A stretch of DNA of 64,000 nt, from positions 20,581,648 through 20,645,647 of the forward strand of contig NC_092673.1 of NCBI RefSeq assembly GCF_964355755.1, in the 5' to 3' direction. The notes under the pieces were generated by a model. That model searched no databases. It was not told the origin of the DNA and was given only the letters and a program-made list of their open reading frames with translations. Positions 52,001-64,000 of this stretch are shown piece by piece. The position numbers were made by a program, and so were the translations under genes. The stretch is from Antedon mediterranea (lineage: Eukaryota; Animalia; Echinodermata). Each line of letters begins with the position of its first letter. Positions within the stretch are counted from its first letter, which is position 1.

Positions 52001-55000
52001 TTAATTTTTATGACGTCATCATGTCTAAAAATGTAAATAACGTGGGTCACCTATTTTCATCTTTACAGTAAATTTCAATCTGTTATAGCTCGTCAGAATA
52101 AAAAGTGATCATCATGATTAAAACGTTTTCTGGAAGCTATTGGATTGTAGATACAGATTCATGTGAATATTTTGCCAATTAGATGTTGTGATGTCATTAT
52201 ATGGCCAGTTGAATACAAAAAGTCGTATTTTCATATTTTGCGTCATAGTTCATCACATTTAAAAGAGCGCGCATCTATATTTTACGGATTTAAATTTCTT
52301 AAAATTTGTATTAATGTAATTATTTAGATACTTATCTTCTAAAATTGTTATCTTTATACGTCGATTTGATGACGTCATCGTGTTAATAATTGGATTTCAA
52401 AGATGGGTCTCGTAATATCGTCTATGCTACACTGTATATAACATATACAGCGTATTCTGTAAATACTGTAATATGATGTATGCTACAAAATAGGTACAAT
52501 TCAGCACTGTAAACATATTTATTTCATGTCATAGGATGGAATAATAATTGTCGAGGTTCATATGGTTAAGTTTGTGCATGTTGCGTTTGCGCGGATAACC
52601 CGAACTCGTCAAAGTGACGAGTTCAAATCTAGTTTTCTGTATTATACTTCTTTCCTTCTGTCATTTTTGTGCGTCGCGTTTCTCTGAAACGTGTAAACAG
52701 AACAAATCGTAACTTTGTCAACATATCGACATTTACGTGAACTTGTGCACCTCCTATTTTTTAATGACGTCAGAGTTGCGCAACGTGACTTTACGCGCGA
52801 TTTTATGAATTTCAATGATTGATCATAGACTAAAAACCAAACATAACTTTGTTTTGACACTTTGTGAAAATTTAAGTTACATCAAGCGCAAACTTTCTAT
52901 GGATTAAAAATAGCATCTTTCACAAGAAGTTACGCGCGCACGCGCGTTTAAAATTTTAGAGTGCGAAAAATCAACTTCTAATCAACTTTCTATGCGTTTC
53001 ATGTCATTTTGAGCATGTCAAAAATTCCCACGCGCGCGAAACTTTTTACGCACGCGGTGCACACGTAGCATTAAAAACATATTTTTTTCGCGTGATTTAT
53101 GTTTTTTCAGCCTTTTATAGTAATGTTACCAACTTTTAAACAATTTCGACTTAAAATTACGTCATACGAGCACGTCGAATTAAATAATTTGCACGCGTTT
53201 CTGGTGAAAAAGTTCAAAAATTCGTCAAAATTATGCCTATTTTTAAACAGTCATAGATTCTAAACTACATGGAGAACTTTTTTTTAATTACATATTCTGG
53301 AAGTTGATGAGTTGTAGATATCGAATCATGCATTAATATGGCTAACCGGACATTGTAACGTCATCGTATGGCCACGCAAATATAAAATATAGGATTTTTG
53401 TCTCTTTCGTCATAGTTCATCACATTTAATAGAGCGCATCTCCACTTATTCGTTGTCCATAGCGGATAACTCCTTGTAATCGTCCTGTTTCATCATATTT
53501 TTTTTTTTTTTTTTTTTCTGTATTATACTTCTTTCCTTCTGTCATTTTTGTGCGTCGCGTTTCTCTGAAACGTGTAAACAGAACAAATCGTAACTTTGTC
53601 AACATATCGACATTTACGTGAACTTGTGCACCTCCTATTTTTTAATGACGTCAGAGTTGCGCAACGTGACTTACGCGCGATTTTATGAATTTCAATGATT
53701 GATCATAGACTAAAAACCAAACATAACTTTGTTTTGACACTTTGTGAAAATTTAAGTTACATCAAGCGCAAACTTTCTATTTCAATTTCATATTTTTTTC
53801 GCGTGATTTATGTTTTTTCAGCCTTTTATAGTAATGTTACCAACTTTTAAACAATTTCGACTTAAAATTACGTCATACGAGCACGTCGAATTAAATAATT
53901 TGCACGCGTTTCTGGTGAAAAAGTTCAAAAATTCGTCAAAATTATGCCTATTTTTAAACAGTCATAGATTCTAAACTACATGGAGAACTTTTTTTTAATT
54001 ACATATTCTGGAAGTTGATGAGTTGTAGATATCGAATCATGCATTAATATGGCTAACCGGACATTGTAACGTCATCGTATGGCCACGCAAATATAAAATA
54101 TAGGATTTTTGTCTCTTTCGTCATAGTTCATCACATTTAATAGAGCGCATCTCCACTTATTCGTTGTCCATTTTCACCCCGATTTTAATATATTCTAGGT
54201 CAATCAACTATCTTTTGCATGAATTAAAAATTTTTTAATTTTTTCAACGTCATCATGCCTAAAAATTTAAATTACGTTGGTCATTAATTTCATCTTTACA
54301 GTAAATTTTAATCTGTTATAGCTCGTAAGAATAAAATGTGATAATCACGATTAAAACGTTTTCAGGAAGCTATTGTATTGTAGATACAAAATCATGTGAA
54401 AATTGCTCCAATCGAATGTTGTGACGTCATCATATGGCCAGTTAAATACAAAAAGTCGTATTTTCATCTTTTGCGTTATATTTCATTACATTTAAAAGAG
54501 CGCGCATCAATATTTCACGTATTCAAATTTCTTCTACACGTTAATATGTTGTTGCTGAGATAATTTCATTCTGAAATTTCTACTTTTGCATTTCATTTTG
54601 AAACCGTCAAGATGTTAAAAATTACAATAAAATACGGGTCCCGTAATTTCACCTATTTTACACTGTTTGTGATATGTATACAGATTGTACTGTGTATACT
54701 ATGTATATGACACAAAATAACAGAATTCAGAAATAACAACATATCATATTCTTCAGTTCAGGTCATAATGCCTTAATATTTTTCTGTGTGCAATATTCTA
54801 ACGTATGACGTGCACATGGCGTTTGTCGAGCGGATAACTAACTCGTCATAGTGACGAGTTTCATGTCTAGTTGGTTATCCGCTCTTGGCGGATAACCTCT
54901 TGTTATTGTCAGGATCTTTTTTTTTTTTTTCTATGTTATTCTTCTTTCTTTCCCAAAATTTTGTGTCACGTGTATCTCAAATTCTGATCAACATTACATC

Positions 55001-58000
55001 GTATAACTTTGTCAGAAGATTAACCTCTATGTGTAGAAGTGCAGGACAGCTCGTTTTTTTACTTTAGAGTCGCGCAGCGTAAGCTACGCGCGATTTTATG
55101 AATTTCGCGTATTTAACATAGACTAAAAAGCAAAAGTCATTTTGTAATGACACTTGGTGAACATTTAAGTCATATCAAGGGCAAACTTTCTATGGATTAA
55201 AAATGGCATGTTTGACATAAAGTTACGCGCGCACGCGCGTTTAAAATTTCAAATTGCGAAAAATTCATTTCTAATCAACTTTCTACGCGTTTCAGGTCAT
55301 TTTGAGCATTTCAAAAATTCCCAGGCGTGCGCATATTTTTTACGCGCGCGTGCGCACGTAGTGCAAAAACGTCTTTTTTTTGCTTGATTTTTGTTTTTTC
55401 AGCCTTTTCTAGTACATTTACCAATTTTCAATCAATTTCGACTTAAAATCACGTCATACGAGCACGTAGAATTGAACAATTTGCGCGCGTTTTTGATGAA
55501 AAAGTTCAAAAATTTGTGAAAATTATGCCTTTTTTTAAAAAGTCATAGATTCTAAACTCCGAGGTGAAAATATTTAAAATTTCAGATTCTGGAAGTAGAT
55601 GAGTTGTTTTTCTCGAATCATGCATTGATATGGCTAACCAGACATTGTGACGTCATCGTATGGCCACCCGAATATAAAATATAGGATTTTTTTCTCTTTC
55701 GTCATAGCTCGTCAATTTAATAGAGCGCATCTCTACTTATCCTTATTCCATTTCACTCAATTTTTTTATATTGTCTAGATCAATCAATTACCTTTCGCAT
55801 GATCCACCATTTTAAAAATTGTGATGACGTCATCATGTTCAAATGCGTCAATAACTTTGGTCTCTTATTTTCACCTATTCTGCACTGTATGTAGTACGTA
55901 TACAGTATATAGTGTTATACCGTATATACTTAGACGCGACGCAACATAGAGAGCGCACTAACATTTTTCAATGCCATAATCGTTTTATTTTTTTGCGCGC
56001 ACTATTCTAACGTATGACGTGCACGTGGCTTTTGCGCTGCGGATAACCTAACTCGTCCGTAGTGACGAGTTCAAATCTAGTACTTCTTTCTTTCTGTCAT
56101 TTTTGTGCGTCGCGTTTCTCTAAAACGTGTAAACAGAACATATCGTAACTTTGTCAACATATCGACATTTACGTGAACTTGTGCACCTCCTATTTTTGAA
56201 TGACGTCAGAGTTGCGCAACGTGACTTACGTGCGATTTTATGAATTTCAATGATTGATCATAGACTAAAAACCAAACATAATTTTGTTTTGAAACTTTGT
56301 GAAAATTTAAGTCATATCAAGCGCAAACTTTCTATGGATTAAAAATAGCATGTTTCACAAAAAGTTACGCGCGCACGCGCGTTTAAAATTTTAACGTGCG
56401 AAATATTAACTTCTAATCAACTTTCTATGCGTTTCATGTCATTTTGAGCATGTCAAAAATTCCCACGCGCGCGAACATTTTTACGCACGCGGTGCACACG
56501 TAGCGTTAAAAACATATTTTTTTCGCGTGATTTATGTTTTTTCAGCCTTTTCTAGTAATGTTACCAAATTTTAAACAATTTCGACTTAAAATTACGTCAT
56601 ACGAGCACGTCGAATTAGATAATTTGCACGCGTATTTGGTGAAAAAGTTAAAAAATTCGTCAAAATTATGCCTATTTTTAAACAGTCATAGATTCTAAAC
56701 TACATGGAGAACTTTTTTTTAATTACATATTCTGGAAGTTGATGAGTTGTAGATATCGGATCATGCATTAATAAGGCTAACCGGACTTTGTGACGTCATC
56801 GTATGGCCACGCGAATATAAAATAGAGGATTTTTGTCTATTTCGTCATAGCTCATCACATTTAATAGAGCGCATCTCCACTTATTCGTTGTCCATTTTCA
56901 TTCCGATTTTAATATATTCTAGATCTATCAACAATCTTTTGCATGAATTAAAAATTTTTTAATTTTGTTAACGTCATCATGCCTAAAAATTTAAATTACG
57001 TTGGTCATTAATTTCATCTTTACAGTAAATTTTAATCAGTTATGCCTCGTAAGAATAAAATGTGATAATCACAATTAAAACGTTTTCAGGAAGCTATTGT
57101 ATTGTAGATACAAAATCATGTGTAAATTGTGCCAATCGAATGTTGTGACGTCATCATATGGCCAGTTAAATAAAAAAAGTCGTATTATCATCTTTTGCAT
57201 TATATTTCATTACATTTAAAAGAGCGCGCATCAATATTTCACGTATTCAAATTTCTTCTACACGTTAATACGTTGTTGCTGAGATAATTTCATTCAGAAA
57301 TTTCTACTTTTACATTTCATTTTGAAACCGTCAAGATGTTAAAAATTACAATAAAATACGGGTCCCGTAATTTCACCTATTTTACACTGTTTGTGATATG
57401 TATACAGATTGTACTGTGTATACTATATGACACAAAATAACAGAATTCAGAAATAACATATCATATTCTTCAGTTCAGGTCATAATGCCTTAATATTTTT
57501 CTGTGTGCAATATTCTAACGTATGACGTGCACGTGGCGTTTGTCGAGCGGATAACTAACTCGTCAAAGTGACGAGTTTCATGTCTAGTACTTCTTTCCTT
57601 CTGTCATTTTTGTGCGTCGCGTTTCTCTAAAACTTGTAAACAGAACATATCGTAACTTTGTCAACATATCGACATTTACGTGAACTTGTGCACCTCCTAT
57701 TTTTGAATGACGTCAGAGTTGCGCAACGTGACTTACGCGCGATTTTATGAATTTCAATGATTGATCATAGACTAAAAACGAAACATAATTTTGTTTTGAC
57801 ACTTTGTGAAAATTTAAGTCACATCAAGCGCAAACTTTCTATGGATTAAAAATAGCATGTTTCACAAAAAGTTACGCGCGCACGCGCGTTTAAAATTTTA
57901 GAGTGCGAAAAATCAACTTCTAATCAACTTTCTATGCGTTTCATGTCATTTTGAGCATGTCAAAAATTCCCACGCGCGTGAAACTTTTTACGCACGCGGT

Positions 58001-61000
58001 ACACACGTAGCGTTAAAAACATATTTTTTTCGCGTGATTTATGTTTTTTCAGCCTTTTATAGTAATGTTACCAGCTTTTAAACAATTTCGACTTAAAATT
58101 ACGTCATACGAGCACGTCGAATTAAATAATTTGCACGCGTTTCTGGTGAAAAAGTTCAAAAATTCGTCAAAATTATGCCTATTTTTAAACAGTCATAGAT
58201 TCTAAACTACATGGAGAACTTTTTTTAAATTACATATTCTGGAAGTTGATGAGTTGTAGATATCGAATCATGCATTAATATGGCTAACCGGACATTGTGA
58301 CGTCATCATATGGCCACGCGAATATAAAATATAGGATTTTTGTCTCTTTCGTCATAGCTCATCACATTTAATAGAGCGCATCTCCACTTATTCGTTGTCC
58401 ATTTTCACCCCGATTTTAATATATTCTAGGTCAATCAACTATCTTTTGCATGAATTAAAAATTTTTTAATTTTTTTAACGTCATCATGCCTAAAAATTTA
58501 AATTACATTGGTCATTAATTTCATCTTTACAGTAAATTTTAATCTGTTATAGCTCGTAAGAATAAAATGTGATAATCACGATTAAAACGTTTTCAGGAAG
58601 CTATTGTATAGTAGATACAAAATCATGTGAAAATTTTGCCAATCGAATGTTGTGACGTTATCATATGGCCAGTTAAATACAAAAAGTCGTATTTTCATCT
58701 TTTGCGTTATATTTCATTACATTTAAAAGAGCGCGCATCAATATTTCACGTATTCCAATTTCTTCTACACGTTAATATGTTGTTGCTGAGATAATTTCAT
58801 TCTGAAATTTCTACTTTTGCATTTCATTTTGAAACCGTCAAGATGTTAAAAATTACAATAAAATACGGGTCCCGTAATTTCACCTATTTTACACTGTTTG
58901 TGATATGTTTACAGATTGTACTGTGTATACTATGTATATGACACAAAATAACAGAATTCAGAAATAACAACATATCATATTCTTCAGTTCAGGTCATAAT
59001 GCCTTAATATTTTTCTGTGTGCAATATTCTAACGTATGACGTGCACGTGGCGTTTGTCGAGCGGATAACTAACTCGTCAAAGTGACGAGTTTCATGTCTA
59101 GTTCTTCTTTCTTTCCCAAAATTTTGTGTCACGTGTATCTCAAATTCTGATCAACATTACATCGTATAACTTTGTCAGAAGATTTACCTCTATGTGTAGA
59201 AGTGCAGGACAGCTCGTTTTTTTACTTTAGAGTCGCGCAGCGTAAGCTACGCGCGATTTTATGAATTTGGCGTATTTAACATAGACTAAAAAGCAAAAGT
59301 CATTTTGTAATGACACTTGGTGAACATTTAAGTCAAAGCAAGGGCAAACTTTCTATGGATTAAAAATGGCATGTTTGACATAAAGTTACGCGCGCACGCG
59401 CGTTTAAAATTTCAAATTGCAAAAAATTCATTTCTAATCAACTTTCTACGCGTTTCAGGTCATTTTGAGCATTTCAAAAATTCCCACGCGTGCGCTTATT
59501 TTTTACGCGCGCGTGCGCACATAGCGCAAAAACATCTTTTTTTTGCTTGATTTTTGTTTTTTCAGCCTTTTCTAGTACATTTACCAATTTTCAATCAATT
59601 TCGATTTAAAATCACGTCATACGAGCACGTAGAATTGAACAATTTGCGCGCGTTTTTGATGAAAAAGTTCAAAAATTTGTGAAAATTATGCCTTTTTTTT
59701 AAAAGTCATAGATTCTAAACTCCGAGGTGAAAATATTTAAAATTTCAGATTCTGGAAGTAGATGAGTTGTTTTTCTCGAATCATGCATTGATATGGCTAA
59801 CCAGACATTGTGACGTCATCGTATGGCCACCCGAATATAAAATATAGGATTTTTTTCTCTTTCGTCATAGCTCGTCAATTTAATAGAGCGCATCTCTACT
59901 TATCCTTATTCCATTTCACTCAATTTTTTTATATTGTCTAGATCAATCAATTACCTTTCGCATGATCCACCATTTTAAAAATTGTGATGACGTCATCATG
60001 TTCAAATGCGTCAATAACTTTGGTCACTTATTTTCACCTATTCTGCACTGTATGTAGTACGTATACAGTATATAGTGTTATACCGTATATACTTAGACGC
60101 GACGCAACATAGAGAGCGCACTAACATTTTTCAATGCCACAATCGTTTTATTTTTTTGCGCGCACTATTCTAACGTATGACGTGCACGTGGCTTTTGCAC
60201 TGCGGATAACCTAACTCGTCCGTAGTGACGAGTTCAAATCTAGTTTTTTTTCTGTATTCTTCTTTCTTTCTGTCATTTTTGTGTCTCGCGTAACTCAAAA
60301 ACGTGTAAACATAACATTTCATAACTTTGTCAACATGTGGGCATTTACGTGAAATTGTGCACCTCCTATTTTGAATGACCTCAGAGTTGCGCAACATGAC
60401 TTACGCGCGTTTTTACGAATTTCGCGTATTTAACATAGATCGAAAACCATATAACAATATATTATGAAACTTAACAAAAGTTTAAGTTATATCTTGCGCT
60501 AACTGACTATGGAGAAAAAATGGCATGTTTCACACGAAGTTACGCGTGCACGCGCGTTTAAAATTTCAAAATGCGAAAAATCAATTTCTAATCAACTTTC
60601 TAGGCATTTCATGTCATTTTGAGCATGTAAAAAATTCCCAAGCGCGCGCATTTTTTTACGCGCACGGTGCGAACGTAGCGTTGAAAACAATTTTTTTTGC
60701 GTGATTTATGTTTTTTCAGCCTTTTCTAGTACTTTTACCAACTTTTAAACAATTTCGACTTAAAATTACGTCATACCGGCACGTTGAATTGGATAATTTA
60801 CGTGCGTTTTTGATGAAAAAGTTAAAAAATTTGTCAAAATTCGTCAAAATTATGCCTTTTTTTAAACAGTCATAGATTCTAAACAACGAGGTGAACTTTT
60901 TTTTAATTACATATTCTGGAAGTTGGTGAGTTGTAGATATCGGATCATGAATCAATATGGCTAACCGGACATTGTGACGTCATCGTATGGCCACACGAAT

Positions 61001-64000
61001 GTAAAATATAGGATTTTTGTCTCTTTCGTTATTGCTCATCACATTCAATGGAGCGCATCACGCTTATCTGTATTCCTTTTTCTCCTACATTTATATATTG
61101 TGTAGGTCAATCAACTTTCTTTAGCATGAGATAAAAATATTTTAATTTTTATGACGTCATCATGCTTAAAAATTTCAATTACGTGGGTAATTAATTTCAT
61201 CTTTACAGTAAATTTTATTCTGTAATAGCTCGTAAGAATAAAATGTTATAATCACGATTAAAACGTTTTCTGGAAGCTATTGGATTGTAGATACGAATTC
61301 ATGTAAACATTTTGCCAATCGGATGTTGTGACGTCATCATATGGCCAGTTGAATAAAAAAAGTTGTATTTTCATATTTTGCGTAATAGTTCATCACATTT
61401 AAAAGGGTGCGCATCTATATTTTACGTATTCAAATTTCTTCTACACGTTAATATGTTGTTCCTAAGATAATTTCCTTCTGAAATTGCTATCTAAGTGTTT
61501 CATTTTGATACCGTCGCCATGTTAAAAATTGGAATAAATGGCGGGTCCCGTAATTTCACCTATTCTACACTGTATGTAATATGTATACAGATTATACTGT
61601 AGTGTTTGCATGTATATACTATATGACACAAAATTGACAGAATTCAGCACTAACAGCATATCATAATCTTCAGTTATTGTCATAATGCCATAATCTTTAT
61701 CTGTGTGCAATATTCCAACGTATGACGTGCACGTGGCGTTTGTCGTGGTGCGGATAACTAACTCGTCAAAGTGACGAGTTTCATGTCTAGTATTATTCTT
61801 CTTTCTTTCTCCTCCATTTTTGTGTCTCGCGTATCTCAAAAACTTGTACACATAACATTTCATAACTTTGTCATCATATGGACATTTACGTGAAGTTGTG
61901 CACCTCCTATTTTTTAATGACGTCAGAGTTGCGCAACGTGACTTACGCGCGATTTTATGAATTTCATTGATTGATCATAGGATAAAAAATAAAAGTTATT
62001 TTGTATTGACACTTGGTGAATATTTAAGTCATATCAAGGGCAAACTTTCTATGGATTAAAAATGGCATGTTTTACAAGAAGTTTACGTGCACACGCGCAT
62101 TTCTCCTCCATTTTTGTGTCTCGCGTATCTCAAAAAAGTGTAAATATAACATTTCATAACTTTGTCAACATATGGGCATTCACGTGAAGTTGTGCACCTC
62201 CTATTGTGAATGACCTCAGAAATGCGCAACGTGACTTACGCGCGATTTTATGAATTTCGCGTATTTAACATAGATTGAAAACCATATAACAATTTAATTT
62301 GAAACTTAGCAAAAGTTTAAATTATATCTTGCGCTAACTTTTTGTGCACTAAAAATGGCATGTTTTACACAAAGTTACGCGCGCACGCGCATTTAAAATT
62401 TAAAATGCGCAAAATTAATTTCTAATCAACTTTCTACGCTGATCATGACATTTTGAGCATGTCAAAAATTCCCACGCGCGCCAACAATCTTACGCGCGTG
62501 GTCCGCACGTAGCGCTAAAAACATCTTTTTTGCGTGAATTATGTTTTTTCAGCCTTTTATAGTAATTTTATCAACTTTTAAAACAATTTAGAATTAAAAT
62601 TACGTCATACGAGCACGTCGAATTGTACAATTTGTGCGTGTTTTTAATGAATAAATTCAAAAATTCGTCAAAATTATGCCTTTTTTTAAACAATCATAGA
62701 TTCTAAACTACGAGGTAAACTTTTTTTTTCACTTACATTTTCTGGAAGGTGATGAGTTGTAGATATCGGATCATTAAACAATATGGTTAACCGGACATTG
62801 TGACGTCATCGTATGGTCACACGAATGTAAAATATATGATTTTTGTCTCTTTCATTATTGCTCCTCACATTAAATGGAGCGCATCACCGTTATCTGTATT
62901 CCTTTTTCTCCGAGATTTTAATATTGTCTAGGTAAATCAACTATCTTAAGCATGTGTTTAAAATTTTTAATTTTTATGACATCATCATGCCTAAAAATTT
63001 AAATTAGGTGTTATACTGTGTACTTTAAAATGTATATATTATATGACACAAAATAGACAGAATTTAGCACTAACAACATATCATATTCTTCAGTTCAGGT
63101 CATAATGTCATAATCTTTTTCTGTGTGCAACATTCCAACGTAAGACGTGCACGTGGCGTTTGTCGAGCGGATAACTAACTCGTCAAAGTGACGAGTTTCA
63201 TGTCTAGTTCTTCTTTCCATCCTTCCTTTTTGTGGATCGCGTTTCTCTAAAATGTGTAAACATAACATTTCTTAACTTTGACAACATATGGGCATTTACG
63301 TGAAGTTGTGCACCTCCTATTTTTGAATGACGTCATAGTTGCGCAACGTGACTTACGCGCAATTTTATGAATTTCAATGATTGATCATAGATTAAAAACC
63401 AAAAGTCATTTAGTATTGACACTTTGACAAAATTTAAGTCATATCAGGGGCAAACTTTCTACGGATTAAAAATGGCATGTTTCACAAGAAGTTACGCGCG
63501 CACGCGCATTTAAAATTTCAAAATGCGCAAAATTAATTTCTAATCAACTTTTTATGCGTTTCTTGTCATTTTGAGCATGTCAAAAATTCCCACGGGCGCG
63601 CAATTTTTTACGCACGTGGTGCGCACGTAGCGTTAAAAACATATTTTTTTCTCTTGTATTATATTTTTCAAGCCTTTCCTAGTAATTTTGAAAACAATTT
63701 AGACCTTTTCCAATTTAAATAACGCCATACGAACACGTTGAATTAAACATTTCATGTGCGTTTTTTATGAAAAAGCTTAAAAAATCGTCAAAATTTTGTC
63801 TTTTTTTAAACAGTCATAGTTTCTAAAGTAAACCGTGAACCGTTTATTTTTATTACAAAATCTAGAAGTTGATGAGTTGTAGATAACGGATCATGCATCG
63901 ATAAGGCTAAAAAAACATTGTGACGTCATCGTATGGCCACACGAATGTAAAATATAGGATTTTTGTCTCTTTCGTTATTGCTCATCACATTCAATGGAGC
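40085..64000 (+). mobile_element. Nested cluster of non-autonomous Helentron/Helitron2-like (DINE/HINE-type) elements, 1.2-1.6 kb each
   Basis: 5' heads tt(a/g)gttatccgc-loop-gcggataac at 40085, 40159, 40226, 40282, 40342, 40395, 42005, 48171, 50894, 50974, 51044 and 54871 (partial at 53461). 3' ends gcggataac + hairpin aactcgtc-N5/6-gacgagtt + CTAG|T at 41980, 43602, 45111, 46633, 48164, 49382, 50893, 52632, 54870, 56080, 57587, 59101, 60243, 61790 and 63207. No TSDs and no Rep/helicase ORF. Confidence 0.92.

Noticed and set aside
42350-61863. Short ORFs within the Helentron nest
   Set aside because: Not conserved in frame between near-identical copies, and no HUH/Rep or helicase motifs.

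Overview
AT-rich eukaryotic genomic DNA with spliceosomal introns, probably from a marine invertebrate (inferred from the repeat types; the taxon cannot be fixed from sequence). Most ORF-track entries are noise. Genes recovered by reading splice sites: (1) a 6-exon PBDC1 orthologue (+, 26649-33808); (2) an unrecognised 4-exon, 140-aa secreted protein with a TATA box and cytokine-like exon phases (+, 22850-25792); (3) a 405-aa basic protein encoded in one exon (-, 35100-36317) with a PRR18-like C-terminal motif; (4) a possible signal-peptide first exon (-, 17909-17972). Bases 1-5.15 kb are a 90-bp satellite within a larger duplicated unit. MITEs, SINEs and LINE fragments are scattered throughout. 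From 40085 to the window end, the apparent ~1.5-kb tandem array parses as a nested stack of non-autonomous Helentron/DINE-like elements that repeatedly inserted into each other's 5' T-rich tract, up to six levels deep. Head and tail sequences co-vary in a way that supports this parse. The window also shows short TA-flanked insertions (e.g. TA to TAGGCCTA) that look like transposon excision footprints.
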